A stretch of DNA of 54,201 bases from assembly GCA_965369865.1 (NCBI GenBank), contig CBDURU010000012.1:1-54201 (forward strand), in the 5' to 3' direction. The DNA comes from an uncultured bacterium (GTDB taxonomy: Bacteria; JAJVIF01; JAPKYR01). Made by a program: the position numbers and the translations under genes. The notes under the pieces are model-generated. The model worked only from the letters and a program-made list of their open reading frames with translations, searched no databases and had not been told where the DNA came from. Below are positions 17,921 to 27,975 of this stretch, piece after piece (position 1 is the first letter of the stretch; every line of letters starts with the position of its first letter).

Positions 17921-19063
17921 TTAATCTACCTCCTCCCACACATTGTTACCATCGGTAAGCACCAGAATAATCCCATCAGGAATCCCATCGGGAGCGCCAT
18001 AAATGAAATCCCCGGAATTCCTTCCGCTTTCGTTATAAAACCACCATGGCCCGGTAAATTCATCACCGCCACCAAATACTTCAGGAAGGCCGCCTTGACT
18101 GCCAAAACCACCTGTGAAGTCCCCGAAACCGCACTCAAAACTACCTTCTGAATAAGGAGGTGAAGTCCGCCAGTAAACCCTTTGACCATCGGGGACAAAT
18201 TCAGAAAGCCTGATAACATCCAACCCTTGCACCCCCTCTGCACCGTAGCAGCCGAGAATATATCGCTGCCTCGGTCCCCCCACCTGGCATGTATTCGGTA
18301 TCGAAGCTGTCCATAGATGACGATTGCCCATAACAGTATCCGGAGCAGCTTTATAAAAGAAATTCCCGGGCCAGAACCTGTACACAACTTCCTGGTCGGC
18401 AGTCATAAAATTTGGCCGATGTCCGCCAAACAGGTAATACATGTTGGTATTCCTGTCTATAAATTCGTCCGGTACAATCATCCAGTCACCACGGTCAAGC
18501 GTTCTGCGTGTTTCAATTTCTGTCCAGGTGAATGCCCCCGGATGAATTGCGCCTTTAAAATAATTCATGTCATCAAGGCCCATTCCCATTATATTCCCTG
18601 AAAATCCGAACCTTGGATCGCCCGCGCCTTCTGTGGACAATCCCTCAAGTGAGGTCCTGAAAATCACACTGCTGCCATCGTCCACAAAAGGATTTGCCGG
18701 ATATGAAGAAATGTATTCGAACTCAATCAGGGCATCGAAAACTTTATCATTCCCTGCCACTAGATCCCCCCGCATATCGATATCGTTCACCCCGTCCCAG
18801 ATGTCGTGCCAGTTAAGCCAGCCGGACTGGTCACCGCCTAGGAGAAACCATGGATAGGTGTCATTGTCGGTCATGTACCGTTCAACGGCGACCTGGATTT
18901 CATGGAGGTTCGCGCGGGTCTCGCTTTCCTTAGCACTATCGGTTGCCCTGAGGTAACCCGGCATTATAAAAATCAGGATGAAAAGGACAAGCGATCCGGT
19001 TGTGAGTACTTCAATCAAAGTGAATCCCGATTGGGAAAAATGTATGGATCTCATAAAACACAA
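17921..19063 (-). CDS. Large pilin-like protein, subtype A, divergent N-terminal helix
   Basis: SG|FTLIEV.., GDPRFG, ETRRTLD, WPGNFFY, YGAPDGIPDG. Confidence 0.82.
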   Translation of the reverse strand: MCFMRSIHFSQSGFTLIEVLTTGSLVLFILIFIMPGYLRATDSAKESETRANLHEIQVAVERYMTDNDTYPWFLLGGDQSGWLNWHDIWDGVNDIDMRGDLVAGNDKVFDALIEFEYISSYPANPFVDDGSSVIFRTSLEGLSTEGAGDPRFGFSGNIMGMGLDDMNYFKGAIHPGAFTWTEIETRRTLDRGDWMIVPDEFIDRNTNMYYLFGGHRPNFMTADQEVVYRFWPGNFFYKAAPDTVMGNRHLWTASIPNTCQVGGPRQRYILGCYGAEGVQGLDVIRLSEFVPDGQRVYWRTSPPYSEGSFECGFGDFTGGFGSQGGLPEVFGGGDEFTGPWWFYNESGRNSGDFIYGAPDGIPDGIILVLTDGNNVWEEVD

Positions 19064-19320
19064 CCCCTCATTTCCACTGGTAACTGATACAAATCCTATA
19101 AATTAAATATTGATTTGAGATCGGGGACACCTCTTGTTCGACCGTCGATAAGCAGGTGTCCCCCTAAATTCTAAATATGTCCATTCAATTTTTATTTGAC
19201 AGAATTGGTCTGAATGAACAAAAAACCATATGTTTTGAGACAAACTAGCACAATAATCAGTTCGAACACAAACCTGATATCAAGACTTCCGCGGATGTCA
19301 AATCCAACATGACCGGGAAT

Positions 19321-19347
19321 AAAAAAAGCGCTCCCCAGAGGGAGCGC
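19321..19347 (-). terminator. Intrinsic terminator after pilin pair 21859-19459
   Basis: GCGCTCCC/GGGAGCGC stem with T7 tail on minus strand. Confidence 0.8.
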
Positions 19348-19458
19348 GGTAAATGTCAGTGGACAAGTAGCGGTTAATTCAGGAAAAAAACTTTAGTCTT
19401 GCTCAGTTAAGCCTTAAATAAGTGAATAATAAAAATCATGACAGATTTAAAACCTGGC

Positions 19459-20637
19459 TTAACCTCGCCACTCGGTGAACTTTGCGGAATCGGATCCGCT
19501 GGTGAGTACAAGGATCACACCATCACGGTATCCATCAGGAGCGCCGAACAACCATGCTTTCGTTCCAGACTGGTAATAAGGGAACTGCGGCATGAGTCCG
19601 CGTTCGCCGCCACCGTAGACCTCCGGATTCGCGTACATAACTTCAATCTCCGGGAAATCCGGATGGCTGGTTCCTGAGGTTGGATCCTGATGATTAGTGT
19701 AGGTTTCCCCTGAGATCATACCATCGATTGCGCCACCCATAGTAGAAGCAGCAGCACCTTCTTCGCTGGTTAATCGAATAACATCCATGCCGTCCGTTCG
19801 TGGTGAACCATAGCCACCAAGCATGTACTTATTGACGCGCATGTAGGGCCAACCCCAAATATCCTCGTACGTGTCACCCTCGACATTTAATGGGTTCGCG
19901 ATAAAGAAATCTCCACCGCATCGATAAAAGAACTGTCCGGGCCAGAAAGCCTTGATGGCCTGGCCTTCAAGGTCACTCTGTCCGAGGGTTTCTCTCGACC
20001 ACTGCGGCAGTCCGCCCATGCAATAGAACGTGTTAGGACTGCGATCGTTTCGAACACCAATATAGCGGTCATCTCTATTCCACATGGTCCATTCCAGCCG
20101 GGATGGCTCTGTAGTCCCAGGACCACCATCTCCCCGGCTGAAGAGAAATCGTGGGTCGTCCAGGCAGTTACCCATGACCTCACCGGTCCAGCCGAACCGG
20201 ACATCACCATCACCATAGAAAAGGCTTGCGCCTGTCCATGGGATGATCGATGTGACACCTTCACCAGGGTCGATGAAGGGATTGTCCGGATAACTGTAAA
20301 CATATGCGAAATGGATTAATGGATCACGAGTGGGTTCTTCACCAGGATTGTTATCGCCACCACTCGGATTAGTAATTGCGCGACAGCCAGACCGGATATC
20401 CCAACCACGGGTGTCGCCACCGATAATGTAATTGGGATAGGCGCCTGAATGGTCTGTCGCATATCGCTCGAGAGAAATTTGAATCGTGTGGCAGTTCGCC
20501 TTGACTTCCGCTTCCTTCGCCTTGTCCTTAGCCTTAATATAGTTCGGGAGGGCAATAGCTGCCAGGATCCCGATAATGGTAATGACGACAAGAAGCTCGA
20601 TCAGGGTAAAACCACGTTGTTGTGAATGCTTCATCAT
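19459..20637 (-). CDS. Large type IV pilin-like protein, subtype B
   Basis: RG|FTLIELLVVITIIGILAAIALP; GDVRFG, NTFYCMGGLP, FGAPDGYRDG. Confidence 0.88.
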   Translation of the reverse strand: MMKHSQQRGFTLIELLVVITIIGILAAIALPNYIKAKDKAKEAEVKANCHTIQISLERYATDHSGAYPNYIIGGDTRGWDIRSGCRAITNPSGGDNNPGEEPTRDPLIHFAYVYSYPDNPFIDPGEGVTSIIPWTGASLFYGDGDVRFGWTGEVMGNCLDDPRFLFSRGDGGPGTTEPSRLEWTMWNRDDRYIGVRNDRSPNTFYCMGGLPQWSRETLGQSDLEGQAIKAFWPGQFFYRCGGDFFIANPLNVEGDTYEDIWGWPYMRVNKYMLGGYGSPRTDGMDVIRLTSEEGAAASTMGGAIDGMISGETYTNHQDPTSGTSHPDFPEIEVMYANPEVYGGGERGLMPQFPYYQSGTKAWLFGAPDGYRDGVILVLTSGSDSAKFTEWRG

Positions 20638-20713
20638 ATCACTTCCGTTTGCTGATTTTTGTACCTGTCCACTAACAGGTAATAACAGATTTACATATCG
20701 ACCTTAATTTTTT

Positions 20714-21859
20714 TTACTTGACATAAGCCATTACTTCAGAGCCGTTATCCAGTACAAGTATGACGCCATCGGGGATTCCATCGGGCGCACCATAGATGAA
20801 AGAGTCGTAATGATCTTCACTCTTGTTATACGGATACCACGGCCCATTCCATTCGTCTCCGCCCCCGAATACTTCAGGAAGCCCGCCATCGTCGCCAAAT
20901 CCACCCATAAATGCATCATAACCAAGATAGAAGCAGTCGAATTCGAATGGCGGAGGGCATCTCCAGAACAGGTCGGCTCCTTCAGGATCCCACCAGATTG
21001 TGCGGATAACGTCCATGCCAATAGTTCCTTGGGCACCGTATCCACCAATGATGTACCTGTTGTAGTGACCACCGATATTGGTATTCGGGACTGGGATTGT
21101 AAAACCCTGTCGGCTGATAACCTGGTCGGTCGTGCCCTTGTAGAAAAAGTTACCGGGCCAATGCGTGAAGACAATCTCGTCTCCAATTGTATCATAGCAC
21201 GGGGTTCCCGGCTGCATTCGGAATCCACCGAACACATAATACATCCTGGTGTCGATGCATCCTCCGCTCTGGAAAGCGGGAGGCACATTCATATAGGATC
21301 CAAGGTCTAGTGTACGGCGAGTCTCGACCTCGCTCCAGAAGAACGGACCTACACCGGCCGTGGCTCCCCTGAAGTGGTTCATATCATCGAGCCCTTGCCC
21401 CATGACATTACCTTTGTAACCGAACCTTGGGTCTCCCTGGCCCTGTTCGTCTCCACCGATGGCACTGGTCTGGCGAATGATGATCTGCCCATCGCCGACA
21501 AACGGGTTGCTGGGATAACTGGTGATGTAGTCGTACTCAATCAGCGGGTCCTGGACGCGATCATTCGATGCTACCCGGTTGTTGGACATGCCGATGTTGT
21601 TCGCACCGTCATGCTGATTATGCCAGTTAAGCCATCCGTCAATGTCACCACCGAGAAGGAAATGAGGGTACTCGCTATTGTCGGTTATGTACCGCTCAAG
21701 GGCTATCTGGATCGTGTGGCAGTTAGCCTTTACCTCGGCTTCCTTCGCCTTGTTTTTCGCCTTGATGTAGTTTGGCAAAGCGATTGCTGCAAGGATTCCG
21801 ATGATTGTGATAACTACTAACAGCTCGATCAGAGTGAAACCTCTCTCTCTGATTTTCAT
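20714..21859 (-). CDS. Large type IV pilin-like protein, subtype A
   Basis: RG|FTLIELLVVITIIGILAAIALP; GDPRFG, ETRRTLD, YGAPDGIPDG; closest to 13598-14734. Confidence 0.88.
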   Translation of the reverse strand: MKIRERGFTLIELLVVITIIGILAAIALPNYIKAKNKAKEAEVKANCHTIQIALERYITDNSEYPHFLLGGDIDGWLNWHNQHDGANNIGMSNNRVASNDRVQDPLIEYDYITSYPSNPFVGDGQIIIRQTSAIGGDEQGQGDPRFGYKGNVMGQGLDDMNHFRGATAGVGPFFWSEVETRRTLDLGSYMNVPPAFQSGGCIDTRMYYVFGGFRMQPGTPCYDTIGDEIVFTHWPGNFFYKGTTDQVISRQGFTIPVPNTNIGGHYNRYIIGGYGAQGTIGMDVIRTIWWDPEGADLFWRCPPPFEFDCFYLGYDAFMGGFGDDGGLPEVFGGGDEWNGPWYPYNKSEDHYDSFIYGAPDGIPDGVILVLDNGSEVMAYVK

Positions 21860-22055
21860 GTGTTAACCTCGCTTTCTCCACACTTCTGTATGGAGTTTAT
21901 GATATGTATGATAATATAAAACGTTTCCCACTTTAATAAACCCGCCGGACATCGATGAATCGTTACGTCCAGCCTTTTTCGAATTGTGGTATTCTGGTGA
22001 TTGAGAAGCGTGCGGAATTCATTACTACTCAAATTGTAACTGAATACTCAATCAA

Positions 22056-22083
22056 AGTATACCACAAACATTCATCTCGTCAA
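22056..22083 (-). promoter_or_regulatory. Sigma70-type promoter for pilin pair
   Basis: Minus strand TTGACG-16 nt-TATACT with TG extension. Confidence 0.5.
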
Positions 22084-22184
22084 ATGTCCCGAGAAGATAA
22101 GTCCAAACCCTTACAACCTGATTAAAGGTTAGTTGTAAAGATAACACACGAAATCCCCCCTGTCAAAGCAGATTTTACCCTTAT

Positions 22185-22871
22185 TTAGAACTTGGTTTTG
22201 CATATTGACAGGTGCTCGATGGCCATATCCAGGTACTCGTCTTTGGGGGCCATATCGATATATCGTTCCCAGTACTGGCAGGCCTCACTATACCTGTCTG
22301 TCTTCTCAAGGCTTAAAGCCAGGTTCATAAACGCTTTCGGGTTATCCCCGCCAAGCTCCAGCGCCATCATGTAATTATAGACGGCATCATGGTAGTTATC
22401 GGCTTTATAATGACATAGTCCGAGATTCACGTAAGCCTGAGCGTCCTTTGGATTGATCTCCAGCGCATCGTTATAACAACTGGCAGCATCCTTATATTGC
22501 TCCTGCTTTCGGTACACATTTCCCAGCCCGAAATGCCCATCCGCATTTTTCGGCTCATACTCGACAACCCGCTGGTAATAATTCCGTGCGTCCGGAAGAT
22601 TGCCCATCTTGTAAAATGTCTGCGCCAGGTTGAGAATTGCCTTGGCAAAATCCGGACGAATTTCGATTGCCTGCTTGAATTTCTCAATAGCACCGTCAGG
22701 TTCCTTCATTATGACAAGCACCTTGCCAAGGGCATCAAACGCCGCATAATTCTCCGGATCATCGGTAATCAGGCTTTCCAGTAATTCCCGTCCCTTCTCA
22801 AAATTCTTGTTCCGACATTCACCGAGGGCTTCTTTTAACCTGCCTTCGGCTTCGCTGGTATCGAGTGCCAT
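22185..22871 (-). CDS. Tetratricopeptide repeat protein
   Basis: About five to six canonical 34-aa TPR units (e.g. AYVNLGLCHY...A...Y..ALEL). Confidence 0.92.
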   Translation of the reverse strand: MALDTSEAEGRLKEALGECRNKNFEKGRELLESLITDDPENYAAFDALGKVLVIMKEPDGAIEKFKQAIEIRPDFAKAILNLAQTFYKMGNLPDARNYYQRVVEYEPKNADGHFGLGNVYRKQEQYKDAASCYNDALEINPKDAQAYVNLGLCHYKADNYHDAVYNYMMALELGGDNPKAFMNLALSLEKTDRYSEACQYWERYIDMAPKDEYLDMAIEHLSICKTKF

Positions 22872-22918
22872 TTTAGTTTTCTCCTTGTATTTTTCAATCC
22901 AATAACTTACATGGATAT

Positions 22919-23326
22919 CTATTCCGGATGAAACGCTTCCTTGATATGTTCTTGCACCGCAAGACTGCCGTCTTCCGCTTCCCCGACCGTTACCAAGTCG
23001 TACCTGAGATCAAACTCTTCAGGAAGCATTTTTTCATTCTCAGTAATAAACGCCCTGCTGGCTTCAACCATCCGGGCCATCTGAATTTCTGAATAACCTT
23101 CTATCGCATTACCCGACCCGACTCGTGTTTTGACCTCGATAAATACAAGGACCGGGTCGAACATCGCGATTATATCCACTTCCCCGCTTCGTTTGCGATA
23201 ATTGGTAGCTAATATCCTGTATCCGCGCCCAGCGAGATAATCCCCGGCAACCTTTTCACCTGCCCGGCCAAGTGATTTCCGTCTCCGGGTTTCACTCGAT
23301 TTATCTCGTGCCGAACCGGAATTCAT
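22919..23326 (-). CDS. yraN: YraN/UPF0102 family endonuclease-like protein
   Basis: LGRAGE..A..YL..GY, GEVDII, FIEVKTR; follows rnhB. Confidence 0.9.
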   Translation of the reverse strand: MNSGSARDKSSETRRRKSLGRAGEKVAGDYLAGRGYRILATNYRKRSGEVDIIAMFDPVLVFIEVKTRVGSGNAIEGYSEIQMARMVEASRAFITENEKMLPEEFDLRYDLVTVGEAEDGSLAVQEHIKEAFHPE

Positions 23327-24039
23327 ACAATCCGCTCCCGGAAGATTCGGGTGGACATTGTACTCACCTTTCCCGACTCAATCAAGCTCTCGTAAACTTC
23401 AGAACAGGGTGAGAATGACAACCTGTGCATCGATGTCAGCCCGATCTCCTCGAGCGCCTTGAAATGAGCTTTAACGGCATAACCCTTGTGCCTCCGGAAT
23501 CCATACCCTGGGTAGTACCGGTCCAGTAAAACCATGTACCTGTCGCGCGTAACCTTCGCGATAATACTACCGGCCATTATGCTTTTCGACTTTGTGTCTC
23601 CCTTGATTACCGCCACGGCATTGTCGAGACCCTTTGGTACATGGCCGCCATCAACCAGGACCAGGTCGGGTTTTTCTCCGAGCATTCGAACTGCCAGGTG
23701 CATCGCCTCCATGGCAGCCCATAAAATGTTAATCTCATCTATTCTTCCCGGACCAGCCATGCCGATTCCAACATTCTTCGCCCCTCTAAAAATATCGTCA
23801 TAAAGAGCTTCCCGTCGTTCAGCGGTAAGTTTCTTCGAATCATCCAGTCCATCGATGACTTCATCACCAAGGATCACCGCTGCAGCGCAGACCGGACCCG
23901 CGAGAGCCCCCCTGCCCGCCTCATCGACTCCGGCGATCACAGAATATCCGTGTGCCTTGTAAAAAGCGTCGGTTCCGGGTAATTCTCCCAGGCATTTATC
24001 TGAGTTGAACAATTTATCAGGTATGATCCGGGATTCCAT
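23323..24039 (-). CDS. rnhB: Ribonuclease HII
   Basis: GVDEAGRG.LAGPV, DSKKL, IIAKVTRD, HKGY, HRLSF. Confidence 0.97.
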   Translation of the reverse strand: MESRIIPDKLFNSDKCLGELPGTDAFYKAHGYSVIAGVDEAGRGALAGPVCAAAVILGDEVIDGLDDSKKLTAERREALYDDIFRGAKNVGIGMAGPGRIDEINILWAAMEAMHLAVRMLGEKPDLVLVDGGHVPKGLDNAVAVIKGDTKSKSIMAGSIIAKVTRDRYMVLLDRYYPGYGFRRHKGYAVKAHFKALEEIGLTSMHRLSFSPCSEVYESLIESGKVSTMSTRIFRERIV

Positions 24040-24071
24040 TTTATTTCCCCACGAAATAGCTCAATAAAGGC

Positions 24072-25094
24072 TCATTCGTCATGCCCGATCAAGCCGATCC
24101 TCGACAGGGGCCAGAATATCATCTCGGCCCTGCCCTCGACATTCCTTATCGGCACTGTGCCGATCACATGGCTGTCCTGTGAATTAGAGCGGTTGTCCCC
24201 AAGCACGAAAACTTCTCCCGGAGGAACAGTAATCGGCCCGTAATGGCTGTAGTTCGGACGCCGTGTCCGGTAATTTTCGTACAATATTTCCCCGTTAATG
24301 TAAATCTCACCGTCATCTATTTCGACCGTATCCCCGGGAAGGCCTACAACTCTCTTTATGTAATCCTGAACTTCGATCGAACCCGGTCCCGTCTCGCCGG
24401 ATTCACGAAATATCCCGGAACCGGATCCCCGGGGAGATTCCGTGGCAGCCATGGCTTCTTCCATTGTCAGCCGGCCGGGCATACCCCTCCGTGGAGGTTG
24501 AAAAACCCGGAAGATAATAACCTCGCCTCGAGCGGGAGCCCTTGTCCTGTAAACCAGCTTATTCGCGATTATCCTGTCCTGTTCGTAGAGTGTCGGTTCC
24601 ATACTGCCGGACGGGATCCAGAAAGTCTGGAAGAAAAAGATGCGGATAATTATCGCCACAAGGAACGCGTAAACAACGCTCTCCATCATTTCAGCGATTG
24701 CGTAACCTGACGGTGCCGGTACGAGAACCTCTGTTTTTGCCTCCCCAAGGTCGCACCTTATCTGAACCTCGATTGAACCGAAGTCTTTTCCGGGATTCAG
24801 CACGATCGGCAATTCTCCAGAATCACCGATACTGAATTCTCCGGGTTGAAGCATAATTTCCCCGCTGTTTGTGCTGAATCCTGCAACTGTTAACTCGCCT
24901 GAGGATGCGGTTATGTATACCTGACCGGTATCGGTTGTCGGTTCGCCCAGAAAATCAGTAAATCTTGCGGCAAGGGTGACAGGCTTGTGTATACAGACAT
25001 TTTCCGAACCGGTTACGATTACAAGTTCTACACCGGATTTGAATGCGACCGGTTGCTGAGGGGAATTCACTGGAGTTACGTCAAAAGAATCCAT
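24072..25094 (-). CDS. lepB: Signal peptidase I with N-terminal extra domain
   Basis: IPSGSMEPTL (Ser), DYIKRVVGLPGD (Lys), GDNRSNSQDS. Confidence 0.92.
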   Translation of the reverse strand: MDSFDVTPVNSPQQPVAFKSGVELVIVTGSENVCIHKPVTLAARFTDFLGEPTTDTGQVYITASSGELTVAGFSTNSGEIMLQPGEFSIGDSGELPIVLNPGKDFGSIEVQIRCDLGEAKTEVLVPAPSGYAIAEMMESVVYAFLVAIIIRIFFFQTFWIPSGSMEPTLYEQDRIIANKLVYRTRAPARGEVIIFRVFQPPRRGMPGRLTMEEAMAATESPRGSGSGIFRESGETGPGSIEVQDYIKRVVGLPGDTVEIDDGEIYINGEILYENYRTRRPNYSHYGPITVPPGEVFVLGDNRSNSQDSHVIGTVPIRNVEGRAEMIFWPLSRIGLIGHDE

Positions 25095-25147
25095 CGGCTG
25101 TTAGCATTATACCCGGATTTATTTTTTGGTGACACTTATTTTTAAAT

Positions 25148-25177
25148 AAAGGACCACCCATTCCAGGTGGCCCTTTT
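25148..25177 (-). terminator. Probable terminator after rplS
   Basis: AAAGG-ACCACC/GGTGG-CCCTTT hairpin flanked by A/T runs. Confidence 0.5.
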
Positions 25178-25213
25178 AATTTGCTGAGCATAATTCCTAC
25201 TGCTTAAAATTCC

Positions 25214-25789
25214 TTATGGCTTGGTTTGCATTCTTCGTTCTTTGATTCTGGCGGATTTACCGGCCCGTTCGCGAAGGTAATAAAGCTTCGACCGTCGTAC
25301 CCGTCCACGCCTGACGACCTGAATTTTATCTATTTTCTTTGAGTGTGTAAAGAACGTCCGTTCTACACCTACACCCCACGATGTTTTCCTGACCGTGAAT
25401 GTCTTGTCGGCGCCGCCGTGCTTTATTGCAGTTACGACCCCTTCAAAAATCTGGATGCGCTCCTTGCTACCCTCGACAATTTTGACATGCACCTTGACCA
25501 TATCACCGGATCGAAAATCAGGAATGTCACTCTTTATGAACTGATCTGTTATCGCGGCAACTTTATCAAAGGCTGAGATTTTCTTCTCCTCCGGCCCTTC
25601 CTTGGCTACAGTTTCTTCTTCAGCTTCCGTAGTTTCTTCCCCGGACGCTTTGACCTCATCCCCGGCATCCTCTTCAGATGTTTCTTCCTCCGGGGTATCC
25701 TCTACCTGGTCAGTAACCTCATTCGAAGATTCTTCCTTAACAGGCTCTTCTTCGGGTGTTCCATCAACTTTCGTTTCATTGTCAGCCAT
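25214..25789 (-). CDS. rplS: 50S ribosomal protein L19 with acidic N-terminal extension
   Basis: [36 protein letters not shown]. Confidence 0.96.
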   Translation of the reverse strand: MADNETKVDGTPEEEPVKEESSNEVTDQVEDTPEEETSEEDAGDEVKASGEETTEAEEETVAKEGPEEKKISAFDKVAAITDQFIKSDIPDFRSGDMVKVHVKIVEGSKERIQIFEGVVTAIKHGGADKTFTVRKTSWGVGVERTFFTHSKKIDKIQVVRRGRVRRSKLYYLRERAGKSARIKERRMQTKP

Positions 25790-25837
25790 AATTTATACAC
25801 TCCTTACTTATCTCTTACTGATGTGATCAACTCACAT

Positions 25838-26581
25838 CTATTCTTCATCCTGCCCGTCAGATACCGGATCATTCAGTAAATCCATTCGGAATCTCGATGT
25901 CATCTCGCGACGTTTCATCGACCTCCATGAATCAATCCTGGCGTGGTCCCCCGACATCAATACATCGGGAACCTTCAGTCCCCGAAATTCCGGTGGACGC
26001 GTGTACGCCGGGTGATCGAGCAGACCGGAACTGAATGACTCGTGCTCCAGGGAATCCGGATTTCCAAGAGCGCCTTCGAGCAGCCTTGCGATTCCATCAA
26101 CAATTGCCAGGGTGGGTATCTCACCACCCGAAAGCACGAAATCCCCGAGGCTGACGGTTACCCATGGATACAAGGTATATATTCGTTCGTCGAAACCCTC
26201 GTAATGACCTGACAGGACCAGGATACTTTCCGTAGCCGGATCGAGTCCGGCCCAGTTAGCAAGCATCGCCTGGTTCATCCGTGCTCCCCTCGGACAGAGG
26301 ATCAGCATTTTGGATTCGAAACCTTCCAATCGTCTCAGGTCCAGAACAGCCTCGATACACTTTACAAGCGGTTCCAGCATCAGGACCATGCCCGGCCCGC
26401 CGCCGTATGGCATGTCGTCAACCTGGCGGTACTCACCTTCTGCCCAGTCGCGGATATCGTGACAGCGAACGGCAACCAGCCCTTTCTCGATGGTTTTTCC
26501 GACAATACTCGTTTTCAGAGGATTATCGAAAAACCCGGGAAACAGGGTAAGAATATCAATGTACAACGGTCTTCCATTCAC
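25838..26581 (-). CDS. trmD: tRNA (guanine-N1)-methyltransferase
   Basis: VDDMPYGGGPGM, GHYEGFDER, SLGDFVLSGGE, YTRP. Confidence 0.97.
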   Translation of the reverse strand: MNGRPLYIDILTLFPGFFDNPLKTSIVGKTIEKGLVAVRCHDIRDWAEGEYRQVDDMPYGGGPGMVLMLEPLVKCIEAVLDLRRLEGFESKMLILCPRGARMNQAMLANWAGLDPATESILVLSGHYEGFDERIYTLYPWVTVSLGDFVLSGGEIPTLAIVDGIARLLEGALGNPDSLEHESFSSGLLDHPAYTRPPEFRGLKVPDVLMSGDHARIDSWRSMKRREMTSRFRMDLLNDPVSDGQDEE

Positions 26582-27076
26582 TTACAGGAGACCGGGGAGG
26601 GGATCCACAACCATCCGGCCGCCTTCGAGATCAATTTCGATTATTACATCGCTTATTGCCGGTAGAAGAATGCTCTTCTCACCATTTCTGACCCCGTAGA
26701 CATCATTAGCCCCGGTCTGGATCACCTCCTCGAGCACCCCAAGTGAATCGCCCGATTTTGTGATTACCTGGAGGCCGATCAGTTTCTCATTGTCAATACG
26801 TGCTTCCTCCGTAACCGTCAGCTCACTTCCGGACAGACGAACGTACGTTCCTTTGAGTTTCTCGGCCTCGGTCCGGTCCTTCACCTCGCGAAATTTCACG
26901 AGAACGTGTTTTTTATGGACGCGGACTTTTTCTATTGTAAATGTCAGATCGGTTTTTTCGGACTGTGTAAGAATCAACTCATCCAGCCCCTTAAACCGCT
27001 CAGGTTCATCGTTCAGGCTCAGAATACGAACCTCGCCTTTTATACCAAAGGCCCCCATTATGAGGCCAATATCCAT
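26582..27076 (-). CDS. rimM: Ribosome maturation factor RimM
   Basis: FGIKGEV, TGANDVY, LLPAI; synteny. Confidence 0.93.
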   Translation of the reverse strand: MDIGLIMGAFGIKGEVRILSLNDEPERFKGLDELILTQSEKTDLTFTIEKVRVHKKHVLVKFREVKDRTEAEKLKGTYVRLSGSELTVTEEARIDNEKLIGLQVITKSGDSLGVLEEVIQTGANDVYGVRNGEKSILLPAISDVIIEIDLEGGRMVVDPLPGLL

Positions 27077-27117
27077 GTCAAACCCTCCGGTAAACCCCCT
27101 TTTGACTTGAAGAATCC

Positions 27118-27432
27118 CTATTCGGGATCTTTTCCGTTTACCAGCTCTATCGAAACGGATTGTCCGTCATGCAAGGCGGCCGCACGGACTACAACGCGTA
27201 ATGATTTGATTATCCGGCCTTTCTTTCCAATAACCTTGCCCATATCTTCGTCGTTCACCCTGATTTCGAGCACGGTCGTTCGTTCACCCTGTACTTCCGT
27301 TACTTGAACGTCTTCCGGCTTATCAACAAGACGTTTTACTATAAACTCAAGCAGACTGGCGACGTTTTCTTTTGCGGGGGCATCTTCCTGCCCGTTGTTT
27401 TTTCCGCTATTTTTTTTGAATATGTTAAACAA
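27118..27432 (-). CDS. khpA: KH-domain RNA-binding protein KhpA
   Basis: LVDKPE, DMGKVIGKKGR; between rpsP and rimM. Confidence 0.9.
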   Translation of the reverse strand: MFNIFKKNSGKNNGQEDAPAKENVASLLEFIVKRLVDKPEDVQVTEVQGERTTVLEIRVNDEDMGKVIGKKGRIIKSLRVVVRAAALHDGQSVSIELVNGKDPE

Positions 27433-27482
27433 CTGGCATACCTCGCACTGGATTATTTATGTTTAAAAGCTTCCGTAGAAGT

Positions 27483-27848
27483 TCATACTTCTGGAGACTC
27501 CGGTTCAGCGTTACCTGTTTCTTCCTGTGTCCCGGTATCAGGTTCCACCTCAGGCTGTTTATCTTCTTCACTCGCCTTAATATTTTTCTCCTTGATTACC
27601 GGTTCATCTCCACGACGCTTGCGTCTTACCAGACGTTTGACAGCATCCGTAATAATGGCTCCCTTGCTGTGCCATGCATCGAGACGTTCAAGATCGAGTT
27701 CAAGTGGTTTATTTTTCAGATACGGACAATAATGACCGATATTCTCGATAATCTTACCCCTTGGGGGATTACGGCTTTCAGTAACAACAATCCGGAAGGA
27801 TGGCTGCTTCTTTCTACCTGTTTTTCTCAACCTGATCTTGACCGACAC
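27483..27848 (-). CDS. rpsP: 30S ribosomal protein S16 with acidic C-terminal tail (GTG start)
   Basis: VKIRL..GRKKQP.FRIVV, IENIGHY, W..KGA. Confidence 0.95.
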   Translation of the reverse strand: MSVKIRLRKTGRKKQPSFRIVVTESRNPPRGKIIENIGHYCPYLKNKPLELDLERLDAWHSKGAIITDAVKRLVRRKRRGDEPVIKEKNIKASEEDKQPEVEPDTGTQEETGNAEPESPEV

Positions 27849-27975
27849 GTAAGTCCTGCCTTGTTATTCTTAATTTTTCAAGCAAACTATCTTTCTATCA
27901 CATGTTAACACTGAATTACAAGGAAAAAATGAGACTTCCATCAATAAAAATGGACTCACCGGTTATGCATTCCTT

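Noticed and set aside
13598..21859. Diversity-generating retroelement or shufflon acting on the pilins
   Set aside because: No reverse transcriptase or adjacent invertase; paralog differences are not adenine-specific and all copies are full-length and co-oriented
27459..27908. 149-aa plus-strand ORF and the many other antisense ORFs in the track
   Set aside because: Shadow frames of well-supported genes on the opposite strand with no recognisable motifs
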